Of a stretch of 64,000 bases of DNA, positions 10,100 through 19,544 are shown piece after piece (position 1 is the first letter of the stretch; the number at the start of each line of letters is the position of its first letter). This DNA comes from Pseudomonadota bacterium. Its GTDB lineage: Bacteria > Myxococcota > JACRCW01 > JAFGSX01. The translations under genes and the position numbers were made by a program. The DNA lies in NCBI GenBank assembly GCA_043821645.1, contig JBDRCO010000065.1, positions 64,157 to 128,156 of the forward strand, written 5' to 3'. The notes under the pieces were generated by a model. The model was not told the origin of the DNA. It saw nothing but the letters and a program-made list of their open reading frames with translations, and made no database searches.

Positions 10100-12991
10100 A
10101 TGAGTCTCGATTCAAGCCAGCGCAGCCGCCGCTGGGCCGTGATTGCCGTGGCGGCCGTCGGGCTGGTCAGCTGCAATGCAGGCGTCACCTGCCAGGGGTG
10201 CGGCCCCACGGCCTACACCTATCCATCGCAGGTCGCCCAGGGCGCCGAACCCGTGGACGAGGGCATGCGCGCGCGCTTGACCGAGCGGGGCCTCGACTTC
10301 ATCGTCGGTCACCTCGATGCCATTCTGGCCCAGGCTTTTCCACCGCTGTCGACGGACCCGAGCGATCCCGACTCGCGCCGGGCGGCCGTACCCTTCTCGC
10401 AGTTCGGCAACCTGAGCTGGGGCGACAGCGGAACCGTCATCAACTTCTTCGACTGGACCGCCGGTCTGGCCCTCACCGACGTCGATCCAGCGTCCTACGC
10501 CTACATCCTGCTCGAGGACGAGGACGGCCGCACCCTGCGCGACAAGATCACCGCGGACTTCATCGAGCCCGGTTCCATCGCCCTGCACATCGATGACCTG
10601 CGCATCGGCATCGAGGCCACGGCCAAGGGTACCGCCACCCTGCAGTTCACCACCGAGGAACTCGCCATCGCAGCGTGCATGGCCAACGGCATGGGCATCA
10701 CTACCTGCACCGGTTGCTTCGCCGAGGGCTGGCCGGCTCAGAACTCGGCAACCTGTCTCATTGCCGGGCAGCCGCTCACCTGCTGCCGGGACAAGGACAA
10801 GCTGACCAACGTCGACATCGCCTGCGATATGCTCGACGGCAATGTCTCGTCGGTGCCGGAGCGACCGGGCTACGCGATCTCGATGTCTCTGGACATCACC
10901 CTTCGCCCCGCGGTGACCAACCAGAACTGCCGCGACAACGCACGCTCCTGCCTGCTCATGGATGCGGTGTTTGATCCGCTCACCGGGCTCTCCATCGACA
11001 ACATCGCCATCGATGTGGTCAACAGCACCTACCAGGACCTGTGCACGGACGACGACCAGCTCCTGGGTACCTTCGTCACGATTCCGGGTGAGTTCGAGTG
11101 CGACGCCGTGTGCCCGGTGCTCGATACCTTCGTCAGCGTGGTCGAGAACGTCGCCGACCTCCTCGGACCGGTCATCGATGTCGCGGCGGGGGCCATGGTC
11201 AATGCCCTGCTCGATTCACTGTTCACGAACCTCAACGGCACCCCCCTCGAGACCGCCAATCGCGTCGCCCTCGGGGATCTGGCCGCGGGACAGGTGCGAT
11301 CGCTCAACGACGCCAACGATCTGGGGTTCCTGGTGCGCCCCAGCGCCGGGACCTTCCGCGTCAGCTGCCCTCCTGGCGTGCAGCCCTGCGAGCTGCGCCG
11401 CGGCATGGACATGGTCCTGTCCAGCGGCTTCGAGGCCGTGCATGCTCCCACCGAGGGCAAGCCTGCCCCGAACCGTTGCGTGCGCCCGCTGCGCGGCGTC
11501 GACTTCGTCCGGCACTACGGGGCCGTGGCCTTCGAGGCTCCCACTGCATCCCCGTTGAGTGGCGAGTTCGTGGACCCCACCGACCAGACGAGTCGCGTGT
11601 ATGACGTCGCTGGGAGCGTGGCCCTGGCGGCTCTCAACCAGGCGGCCTTCGCCGCGTACAACGCTGGACTGCTGTGCCTGGAGCTGAGCGCCGAAGATAT
11701 CTATATGATGACGGATGGCGCCTTCGCCTTGACCGCCGGCATGGTGGATCTGCTCTCCGGGGGTGATCTGGGGCGCTTCGTGCCACCGCGGGCACCTGCG
11801 CTGATCGTGATTGCACCGGAACTGCCCCCCACCTTTGCCATGGGCACCGGCGCCGATGGCGATCCCCTGCTCCAGCTCAACGTCGAGCGCCTGCACATCT
11901 CGATGTACGCGCTGATGTACGAGCGCATGGTGCGTGTCTTCGAGGTGGTGGCCTCGGTCTACGCCGGCCTCGACGTGGTTCCGGATCCCGCCACCCGCGA
12001 GTTGACCTTCCAGATCGCCGAGGGGCCAGACATCGGCGGCTTCGAGGAGATCTACAACGAGCTGTTGCCCTACTCTGACTTCAGCGAGCTGCTGCCGACC
12101 CTGGTCGAGCTGGCCTTCGGGACCCTGCTCACCGACAACATCCAGTTCTCCTACGACCTGTCCCCGATGCTGGAGCAGGCCCTGGGCGTTCCCATCTTCC
12201 TCACCGTCGACGGCATCGAGTCCGTCGACGCCGCGGGCGAGCGTTCCTTCATCAACATCTACCTCAGCTTCTCGGATCAGGCGGCCTCTCCTGGCGGCCC
12301 CCTGGGCTATCGCGTGCTCAGCGACCTGCAGCTCGCCGAGGACCCGGGCCTGCTGACGCGAGATGCCGACGGTCGGCTCCGCCCCACACGCTCGGTCCGC
12401 CTCGAGGGTCACATCGTGCCGCTGGACGGGCGCGACGAGTATTCTTTCCGGGTCGATGGCAGCGCCTGGCGCGCTTTCGTGACCCCCGACGACGACGGCG
12501 TGCTGACCCTGACCTCCCCCCTGCTCGGCTTGACCGGACACCACAGGCTCGAGGTCCGTGGCCGCCGGGTGGGCGCGCCCGAGACCCTGGAACCCGAACC
12601 CCAGGTGCTGCGGGTCACGCTGGATCCGGACCCGCCAACCCTGGCACTGCACCGGACGACCACGGGCGACGTCGTGGCCGAGGCTCACGACCTGGTCAGC
12701 GACGACGACCACCTGGAATTCGCCTTCGCCCTGGATGGCGGGGATCTGGGTGATTTCACGCCCAGGGCGCAACTTGACGCCGAAGATCTGCGTGGAGTCC
12801 GGGTGGTGTCTGCGCGCGCCCGCGACGAGGCCGGTCACCTGTCGCCCCTGGCGCGCATCGCCATCGGAGATGGGGTCCCCTCACAGGATCAGGCTGCGGC
12901 GGGATGCAGCTGTGCCAGCGGCCCGGCGTCGGGCACGTTCCTGCTGTCCCTGCTTGGGGGGCTCGTGCTTGCCCGTCGCCGAAGGCGCTAG
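10100..12991 (+). CDS. Large Cys-rich surface (lipo)protein with BPI/LBP-like motifs and MYXO-CTERM tail
   Basis: Signal peptide ending LVSC. The C-terminal GCSC, hydrophobic stretch and RRRRR form the MYXO-CTERM pattern. Start placed at ATG 10100. Confidence 0.8.
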   Translation: MSLDSSQRSRRWAVIAVAAVGLVSCNAGVTCQGCGPTAYTYPSQVAQGAEPVDEGMRARLTERGLDFIVGHLDAILAQAFPPLSTDPSDPDSRRAAVPFSQFGNLSWGDSGTVINFFDWTAGLALTDVDPASYAYILLEDEDGRTLRDKITADFIEPGSIALHIDDLRIGIEATAKGTATLQFTTEELAIAACMANGMGITTCTGCFAEGWPAQNSATCLIAGQPLTCCRDKDKLTNVDIACDMLDGNVSSVPERPGYAISMSLDITLRPAVTNQNCRDNARSCLLMDAVFDPLTGLSIDNIAIDVVNSTYQDLCTDDDQLLGTFVTIPGEFECDAVCPVLDTFVSVVENVADLLGPVIDVAAGAMVNALLDSLFTNLNGTPLETANRVALGDLAAGQVRSLNDANDLGFLVRPSAGTFRVSCPPGVQPCELRRGMDMVLSSGFEAVHAPTEGKPAPNRCVRPLRGVDFVRHYGAVAFEAPTASPLSGEFVDPTDQTSRVYDVAGSVALAALNQAAFAAYNAGLLCLELSAEDIYMMTDGAFALTAGMVDLLSGGDLGRFVPPRAPALIVIAPELPPTFAMGTGADGDPLLQLNVERLHISMYALMYERMVRVFEVVASVYAGLDVVPDPATRELTFQIAEGPDIGGFEEIYNELLPYSDFSELLPTLVELAFGTLLTDNIQFSYDLSPMLEQALGVPIFLTVDGIESVDAAGERSFINIYLSFSDQAASPGGPLGYRVLSDLQLAEDPGLLTRDADGRLRPTRSVRLEGHIVPLDGRDEYSFRVDGSAWRAFVTPDDDGVLTLTSPLLGLTGHHRLEVRGRRVGAPETLEPEPQVLRVTLDPDPPTLALHRTTTGDVVAEAHDLVSDDDHLEFAFALDGGDLGDFTPRAQLDAEDLRGVRVVSARARDEAGHLSPLARIAIGDGVPSQDQAAAGCSCASGPASGTFLLSLLGGLVLARRRRR

Positions 12992-13875
12992 CGTAGAGCG
13001 TCCTCGCACTCCAGCCAAACCGCAAGGGATTGCAGGGTGCGAGCCATGTCCTCGACCAGGCTCCCGGCGTAGCCAGCCAGAGCCGGGTGGGCCCAGCACT
13101 CGAGGACCACGGGCTCATCGATCGGGTGTGCCTGCAACGCAGTGACCACGGCCAAGTCCTTGCGGCGGTTTGGATTGTAGATGTTGTCGACGAAGATCTT
13201 GATCTCCAGCGCGTAGACCTGCGGGTCCGTGCTGGCTGGATCTGCATCATCGAGGGGGCCACCCACCCGCCCCAGCTCGCGCTCCAGGGCGTCCCCGTCG
13301 TGGGGGTGGGCGCGGATGTGCTCGACCACGATCGTGCGGGTGTCGCGATCGAGGTCTTGCAGCGGCCTGAGCTGAGCTGCGGCGCGAACGATCTCACCTG
13401 AAGCCAGGAAGATGTCCCGCCTCTCTCCGCGCCCGTGGCGCTGCCGGAACTGGGCGGCGAAGCGTGCTGCCACCTGCACCCTCACGCCCTCATCGAGCAG
13501 CCCCAGCCGAAGGTAAGCGTGAAAGCGCTCCCGGGCGCTGCGCGCAGTCCTGTGGGCCTGCGCAAGCTCGGGGGTAGCCTTGAACAGTGGTGCTCCCACT
13601 CCGAACTCGGTACTCACGACCAGGGGATGATCGAACAGAAGATCCACGACCGCCGGGATCTGGTCGGGTTGTCGCAGCAGGATGGCGAAGGGCAAGGGTT
13701 TGTCCACGACGACCGGCACTCCATCGCTTGGCGCCCGGCGGTCATAGCAGACGCGAGCGACACCGTCATGATCCAAGGCGCCGGTTGACAGCAACCCCGG
13801 GGTGGGGGCAAACAACCCAGCGACCCTCGTCACGCCAGCCGCCGGGCCGACCGGAATCGCGGTCTGGTTATGCAC
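12988..13875 (-). CDS. Hypothetical protein
   Basis: Long ORF filling the gap between two + strand genes, with protein-like composition. Start uncertain (GTG 13875 chosen). Confidence 0.65.
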   Translation of the reverse strand: MHNQTAIPVGPAAGVTRVAGLFAPTPGLLSTGALDHDGVARVCYDRRAPSDGVPVVVDKPLPFAILLRQPDQIPAVVDLLFDHPLVVSTEFGVGAPLFKATPELAQAHRTARSARERFHAYLRLGLLDEGVRVQVAARFAAQFRQRHGRGERRDIFLASGEIVRAAAQLRPLQDLDRDTRTIVVEHIRAHPHDGDALERELGRVGGPLDDADPASTDPQVYALEIKIFVDNIYNPNRRKDLAVVTALQAHPIDEPVVLECWAHPALAGYAGSLVEDMARTLQSLAVWLECEDALR

Positions 13876-13921
13876 CCGGCTGACGCGAACGTGCTCGTCG
13901 CTCTCAAAGGAAGGTGCCCAC

Positions 13922-15619
13922 ATGCGCCACAACCTGCTGTCTCTGACTCTTGTCGCGCTGGTCCTGGGCCTGGTCGCCTGTCCCAAGCGCACCACCCGAG
14001 ACCTCCCCGACTACCAGCTGGGGGCCGGTGACCTCTACCTGGGCGGCCGCGTCGTGGACCTGTACGAGCACGCGGTGCTCAATCGCCGGGACTTCGTGTA
14101 CAGCATCGGCTTCGATCCCACATCGCGCCTTGTGGCGTTCTCGCACATGGTGCTCACGGACTTCGAGCTCTCTTTGTACAACGTGGAGGATGGGCAACTG
14201 CGGTGGCAGGTCCCACTGAACCCGACCGAGTTTGATGTCGAGGGCGTCGCCTTCGTGGGCGATCGCGCGGTGGTCCTTGGCTGCCGGCGAAACAGCCAGT
14301 CCGCCCACCCCGGTCTGCGCCTGCACGATCTGAAGACGGGGGCAAACCTGGCGAGCTACTACGGGGACGACGAGCGCGGGTACGTCCAGGTGGGTGTGAG
14401 CCCGGACCTGCGCCTGGTGGCCGGAGTGACCTTCAAGGACGGCACCCTCGAGCTGCACAGCGCAGACACGCTTAACTGGCTGGGTGAGACCCGGGCCCAC
14501 CGGGGTCCAGCCACGGCCGTTGCGTTTGGTCCCGATGGCACGCTCTACACCGGCGGGCAGGACCGCAGCCTGGCAGTCTGGCGGCTGGAGCCAGCGTCCC
14601 TGGAGAGCGCGGGCCAGGCGCGCATGGCCAAGCTGATCGTGGGTGATGCCAAGCAGCGCGCCATGGTTGCGTCCTTTGACGGCCGAGCCAACGCGATCAT
14701 GGCCCTGGACACCGGGGTGGATGCCACCGTCATCACAAACAGCCTGGCGACCAAGCTGGGACTGCGAGCGGCTTCCGAACGCCTGCCGGTGCGCCTGGGT
14801 TCCACCGAGATCCCGGCGCCCAGGGCGCGTGTGCCGTCGCTGCGGTTCAAGCAGCTGGCCCTTACCGATGTCGAAGTCGCCCTGTGCGACGAGTGTGTGC
14901 CAGTGGGCTGCGATGCCGCCGTGGGGAGCGATCTCCTGCGCCGCATGCGCATCAGCGATGGCCCTGTTCCCCACGTCGTCACGGTGGAGATCGGAGGCCG
15001 CGATGCCCCGACCTCCATCCCCGCCTCGCCGGGCGGGATCGACGGCGCGCCTGAGGAGCCCAGCGGAGCGGCTGGCGACGTGATGGACGCTGCGCCACAG
15101 CTGCTTCGACCGGTGCTGGTGCGGCGTCACGAGCTTCCGGGTTCGATCAACGACATCCGCCTGTCGCGCGATGGCGCCCGCATGGTGGTGGCGGTATCGT
15201 CGGAACCTGCAGAGCGCTCCCTCGAGCTGTACGAGAAGGAGAAGGCCGGCAAGCTGCCGGAGCCCTCTGCCGGAAATGCCGCCTTGCTGATCGACGCGGC
15301 AAGCGGGCAGGTCCTCAAGACATTTTTGAGCCATCGTGGCTACGTCGTGAGCGCCGATCTCTCGGCCGACGGCAGGACGGTGGTCAGTGGCGGGTGGGAC
15401 AACCGTGTCGTGCTGTTTGACGTCGAGAGCACCCAGCCGGTGGCGGAGCATGCCATGGCGTGGCTGGTGCGGCGAGTGCGCTTCAGTCCCGACGGTCGCA
15501 CCCTGGCCGTCGGGGCCTGGACTCCGCCCGCGTCGGGCGGTGGCGAGAGCAAGCCCTCGGCCATGCTCTTCGATCTGGTCTACGAAACGCCGGAGCGTGC
15601 CTCGACCTCGAAACCCTGA
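13922..15619 (+). CDS. WD40 beta-propeller lipoprotein with inserted retropepsin-like aspartyl protease domain
   Basis: Lipobox LVAC. WD repeats (TGGQDRSLAVW, SGGWDNRVVLFD) flank ALDTG...VGSDLL. Confidence 0.85.
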   Translation: MRHNLLSLTLVALVLGLVACPKRTTRDLPDYQLGAGDLYLGGRVVDLYEHAVLNRRDFVYSIGFDPTSRLVAFSHMVLTDFELSLYNVEDGQLRWQVPLNPTEFDVEGVAFVGDRAVVLGCRRNSQSAHPGLRLHDLKTGANLASYYGDDERGYVQVGVSPDLRLVAGVTFKDGTLELHSADTLNWLGETRAHRGPATAVAFGPDGTLYTGGQDRSLAVWRLEPASLESAGQARMAKLIVGDAKQRAMVASFDGRANAIMALDTGVDATVITNSLATKLGLRAASERLPVRLGSTEIPAPRARVPSLRFKQLALTDVEVALCDECVPVGCDAAVGSDLLRRMRISDGPVPHVVTVEIGGRDAPTSIPASPGGIDGAPEEPSGAAGDVMDAAPQLLRPVLVRRHELPGSINDIRLSRDGARMVVAVSSEPAERSLELYEKEKAGKLPEPSAGNAALLIDAASGQVLKTFLSHRGYVVSADLSADGRTVVSGGWDNRVVLFDVESTQPVAEHAMAWLVRRVRFSPDGRTLAVGAWTPPASGGGESKPSAMLFDLVYETPERASTSKP

Positions 15620-15622
15620 AGC

Positions 15623-16363
15623 TCACCGCCGCGGCCGCAGGCGCCGGGGGAGCTGCAGGTGGGCATCGAGCCCGAGATCGCGCAGCACATCGCCCCCGAC
15701 GTGAACCATCACCAGGTCCCGAATGCGCTCGTTGTAGGCATCCAGCGCTGCCTGGAGCAGGTGCTGAACGCGGCCACTGGCCTCGTCGCCACGCAGAAGC
15801 TGGCTCGAGTGGCAGGAACCTGCGTAGAAGACGGTCCGTTGCAGCACATTGAGACTGTAAGGAAAGCGGGCACAGCTGGTCGGCCAGGAGGGGTGTGCCG
15901 CGCACTGCAGGTCGGTGTCGAGCAAAGTGCAGGTGCCGGTCGAGTCCTGCGTCAGCACCGGGAACCACTTCCACAGATCACTGTGCACCTGCTCGGCGAG
16001 GGCCCAGTTCTCGTCCAGCTCCTCCACGGGGTACTCGGGCCTCTGCAACGTGATGTGCGTGCCGAGCCCGGCATCGAGCAAGGCCGCCACGTCGACCAGC
16101 CTCAGGGACACGACCCGATGCCGACCTGTGCAGCACACCTCCTCACAGCTCTCGCAGTCGGGTACCACGCCAAGGGGTATGCGCAACGTGACCTGGCGCG
16201 GACGCAGAGGCGTCAGGTTGTAGTGTCTGAGCAGGCGCCAGCTGCGCCACCAGGTGCTCGGCTGTCGCCACAGCCGTCGGCGCACGCCGGGCCAGGCATC
16301 GCGCAGGGCACGCTCGAGAGAACCGGGTTCCCTCACCACGACCGGTCCGCTCACGGCAGCCAT
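15623..16363 (-). CDS. YkgJ/FliB-like cysteine-cluster protein
   Basis: CESCEEVCC...CTLL...CAAHPSWPTSCARFPY. Start is ATG 16363 or GTG 16354, overlapping the upstream gene. Confidence 0.8.
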   Translation of the reverse strand: MAAVSGPVVVREPGSLERALRDAWPGVRRRLWRQPSTWWRSWRLLRHYNLTPLRPRQVTLRIPLGVVPDCESCEEVCCTGRHRVVSLRLVDVAALLDAGLGTHITLQRPEYPVEELDENWALAEQVHSDLWKWFPVLTQDSTGTCTLLDTDLQCAAHPSWPTSCARFPYSLNVLQRTVFYAGSCHSSQLLRGDEASGRVQHLLQAALDAYNERIRDLVMVHVGGDVLRDLGLDAHLQLPRRLRPRR

Positions 16364-17451
16364 CCGGAATGGTGCAGAGCGTCTGCTGCCAGGACCCGGT
16401 GCACCGTCTCCCCAGGCACTGCATCCAGATCCAGGACATCGCCGCGCTTGAGACCCCGCAACCAGTCCGCACCCGCATGCCGGCGCCCGGTTTGCACGGA
16501 CAGCTCGGTCAGCTCGCCCTTCCCGCACACGAACAACCGATCGCGACCCTTCTCGCAAAGCACGTCGCCCACCACGCGATAGCTCGAATGTCTGGGGGGC
16601 CCAGCCCTGGCAACAACCAGCGTCGCCAGGTCCGCAGCCGCCAGCCTGAGGTGGCCAGCCTCGTCGCCAAGCGCCAGCAGGTCCTCGGGCAGATCGAGGT
16701 GCAGGCGGCCGTGGCAAAAGTCGCGACGCCTCCGCAGCATGGGACAGGGCAGAGCGTGGGTGCACGGACCGCGGACCACGTGACCCGCCGCCAGCAATCC
16801 GTCGCGCAGCGCACTGAGCGCGCGCGCGGTTTGCCGGAGTGCAGGTTCGACCACGAGAAGGATGCCCTCGGGAGGCAGAGCGGCGACCAGATGCGACAGC
16901 AGCGCGATCTTCTCGTCGGATGTCAGCGGCCACTCGTTGACAGTATTAAAAGCGATCACGGTGCGAGCGTGCAACGGCCGCCGATGGAGATCCCGGATGT
17001 CCGTCGCCACCAGCTCCGGAGTCACCAAGCCAAGCGCGCCCGCCAGCGAGCCGGCCATGGCGACTGCCCGGCGCGACGGCTCGACGACCTGCCAGCGCGC
17101 ACCTGGGTTCGACGACAGCAGCGCCAGCCCCGCGCTTCCCGGGCCACACCCGAGTTCCAACACATCCTCTCCGTCGACACCGTAGGCTCGCGCCATGAGT
17201 TGCGAGACCGCAAAGCTGCGCGCACCGTAGTAGGCCAGGTAGGCCGCCAGCATCCGCTCGTCCTCGAGCTCAGTGCGCACGCCCGCCGAGCGCTCGACGG
17301 TGAATCCGTCGACGTGGCGGCGCAGCATGGGGACCAGGCGCGCACGTTCCTCGCGGTCCAGTGGGTCACTGCGTTGTGCAACGCCCAGCGTCCGTCGCAC
17401 GGCACCGCGCACCGCGGACCACATTCGCGCCGCTCTGTCGATGTCTTGCAC
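16351..17451 (-). CDS. Rsm22/METTL17-like class I SAM methyltransferase
   Basis: AYLAYY, VLELGCGPGS, LLVVEP and PCTHALPCPM...DFCH. Confidence 0.85.
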   Translation of the reverse strand: MQDIDRAARMWSAVRGAVRRTLGVAQRSDPLDREERARLVPMLRRHVDGFTVERSAGVRTELEDERMLAAYLAYYGARSFAVSQLMARAYGVDGEDVLELGCGPGSAGLALLSSNPGARWQVVEPSRRAVAMAGSLAGALGLVTPELVATDIRDLHRRPLHARTVIAFNTVNEWPLTSDEKIALLSHLVAALPPEGILLVVEPALRQTARALSALRDGLLAAGHVVRGPCTHALPCPMLRRRRDFCHGRLHLDLPEDLLALGDEAGHLRLAAADLATLVVARAGPPRHSSYRVVGDVLCEKGRDRLFVCGKGELTELSVQTGRRHAGADWLRGLKRGDVLDLDAVPGETVHRVLAADALHHSGWLP

Positions 17452-17567
17452 CCGCTCACCTTGTCGCCAACCGCGAGACCAAGCAAGCCGTGGCGACGAC
17501 GTTCGCGCTACCCCGATGCTTTAAAAATTTCAATCCCTTCCTCGACCAGAAACAGTCCGGATTTCGT

Positions 17568-17597
17568 TTGACTTCATCTCGACCCGTCGCTTACATT
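17568..17597 (+). promoter_or_regulatory. Putative sigma70 promoter of the lipoprotein pair
   Basis: TTGACT-N18-TACATT downstream of an AT-rich patch. RBS AAGGAG precedes ATG 17679. Confidence 0.45.
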
Positions 17598-17678
17598 CGC
17601 GCCCGAATCCAATCGATAGGACGCGCCCGTCGGCGCACCAGTCCTCACGGGAGCAAACAGGGGAAAGGAGTTCACGCG

Positions 17679-18050
17679 ATGAAGAAGATGGTGGTTACTC
17701 TTGTGGCAGCACTCTCGCTTGCGCTCGTGGCGTGCACCAGCGTCGAGAGCGCCAAGGTCAACAGCGCGGACATCGCCTCTTCGAGCGATGCCGTCGCCGT
17801 CATTCAGGCCACCGAGCTGGGCCTCAATCTGCTGTGGGGCTTCGTGCCTCTGGCCGATCCCAGCTTCGACAGCGTGGTCAACAAGAGCCTGATCGCCGAG
17901 GCCAAGGCGATGGGCGGCAACAAGGTGGAGATCGTCTCGATGTTCCGGATGAACCCGGACCAGTTCCCGTTCAACTTCATGCCGACGCTGTACTTGCCCG
18001 GCCTGGTGAACCTCAACATGGCCTATGCAACCGGCGTGGCGGTGAAGTAA
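17679..18050 (+). CDS. Small lipoprotein, paralog 1
   Basis: MKK signal peptide with lipobox LVAC and a strong RBS. Aligns along its length with 18122-18481. Confidence 0.85.
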   Translation: MKKMVVTLVAALSLALVACTSVESAKVNSADIASSSDAVAVIQATELGLNLLWGFVPLADPSFDSVVNKSLIAEAKAMGGNKVEIVSMFRMNPDQFPFNFMPTLYLPGLVNLNMAYATGVAVK

Positions 18051-18121
18051 GGAACCGTTCGACGTTCAACATGTGGATCTCGGGCTGACCAAACACGGCG
18101 CCCGGATGAAGGAGACGAACA

Positions 18122-18481
18122 GTGAAGAAGTTTGTGACACTGGCTCTCGCAGCCGTTCTGAGCATGGCGCTCTTCGCTTGCAACACCGTTCACTCGGCCA
18201 ACGTCGAGGCCGGCGACGTCGTCGCCAATGGCACCCCCGTGGCCGTGGTCAACGCCAACAGCGTGGGCCTCACCCTGATCCTGCACATCATCCCCATCAT
18301 CGATGGTGGCAACCTGGACACCGTGGTCAACAAGACCCTGGTCGCCGAGGCCAAGGCCGCTGGCGGCAACCGCGTCCAGATCGTCGACGCCATGTCGATG
18401 CCGCGCTCCGGCATCTTCATGCTGACCGGCTCGGTCGTGGGCTTCCCCCTGGCGTTCGCGAGCGGCATCGCCGTGAAGTGA
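18122..18481 (+). CDS. Small lipoprotein, paralog 2
   Basis: GTG start after AAGGAG and lipobox LFAC. Shares DxVVNKxLxAEAKAxGGNxVxIV and the terminal GxAVK with paralog 1. Confidence 0.85.
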   Translation: MKKFVTLALAAVLSMALFACNTVHSANVEAGDVVANGTPVAVVNANSVGLTLILHIIPIIDGGNLDTVVNKTLVAEAKAAGGNRVQIVDAMSMPRSGIFMLTGSVVGFPLAFASGIAVK

Positions 18482-18502
18482 CCTGGCAGCCTTCGTACTA
18501 GA

Positions 18503-18540
18503 AAGAGCCCCCTCTCTTGACGGAGAGGGGGCTTTTTTCT
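18503..18540 (+). terminator. Rho-independent terminator
   Basis: Stem AGCCCCCTCTC / GAGAGGGGGCT with a 6-nt loop, followed by a T tract. Confidence 0.9.
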
Positions 18541-18649
18541 TTCCTGCGTCTGAAATCAAACCGCGATCCGCTCTGCTGTCTGGCCCGTCTCGATGCGCGT
18601 GCAGGACGGAGTGCAACGTCGGTCGCGAGGGAACGCACCCTCCGGAGGT

Positions 18650-19483
18650 ATGATGCAGTCATGGTGCGTGTATCGAGGGGCTAGGCCCTCCCTGGGGATC
18701 GTCGCGACAACCCTTGCCCTGCTCCTCTCGCCCGCTTGCCGCGACTCGAGCAGTTCTGCCGTAGCCAGTGACCCGGTCAAGGCCGCGCGCGATCAGGTCA
18801 TGATCCAGCTCAGCGAGCGCAGCTCCCGGATCGTGGACTTCAGCGTCAAGGGTCAGCGCTGCATCGACCGCTGTGATGCCGATGAGGCCTTCGTGCAGGA
18901 TTTCTCGGTGCAGGTGCGCAGCCCGGGCCTGTTCCGGATCGAGATCGCTGCGCCCCACACCGTCATCACGTTCGACGGCAAGGAGCAGGTCACGGTGCAG
19001 CACGAGGCGCGGACCGTGCAGCGGGTGCAGGTCGCCGGCCAGCAGGACGAGAAGGCCCTGGCACCTTACCAGACCCTGAGTGCCTTCCTTGTCGAGGGCT
19101 GGCGGCCACCCCTGCTCGCCACCACTGGCGAGGTACCCGCCCGCCTGGAGGCCACGGCCCAGGGCGGCCCACAGGTGGTTCTCGAGCGCCCACTGCAGGA
19201 CACGGAACTCGCGCGCGTCGAGTACTGGCACCGCATGCACAAGGGTGACTTCGTGCGCAAGCGCTTCATGGCCAGGGACGGAACCGTGGTCAAGGAGATC
19301 GCGGTCGAGCGAGAGCACACCGATGCGCGCACCGGTTACAGCTTTCCCCTGTCCTGGAAGGTCAAGGGCGCAGATGGCGCGGTGATCTCGTGGACCAAGC
19401 TCGGGGAGGTTCAGATCAACGCCGGAGTGCCCAGGACTGCCTTCGAGCCCAGCGTACCCGACGGATTCACCCCTCTGCCCTGA
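18650..19483 (+). CDS. LolA-like / lipoprotein-sorting fold exported protein
   Basis: Signal peptide with SPAC. PGLFRIEI...TVITFDGK and the C-terminal VQINAGVPRTAF resemble LolA-like families. Confidence 0.6.
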   Translation: MMQSWCVYRGARPSLGIVATTLALLLSPACRDSSSSAVASDPVKAARDQVMIQLSERSSRIVDFSVKGQRCIDRCDADEAFVQDFSVQVRSPGLFRIEIAAPHTVITFDGKEQVTVQHEARTVQRVQVAGQQDEKALAPYQTLSAFLVEGWRPPLLATTGEVPARLEATAQGGPQVVLERPLQDTELARVEYWHRMHKGDFVRKRFMARDGTVVKEIAVEREHTDARTGYSFPLSWKVKGADGAVISWTKLGEVQINAGVPRTAFEPSVPDGFTPLP

Positions 19484-19544
19484 CCTACGCGATCAGAAAA
19501 CAGCGCCTGGTGGCCGCGCGATCCGGTGGTGGACGGACCTGCGA

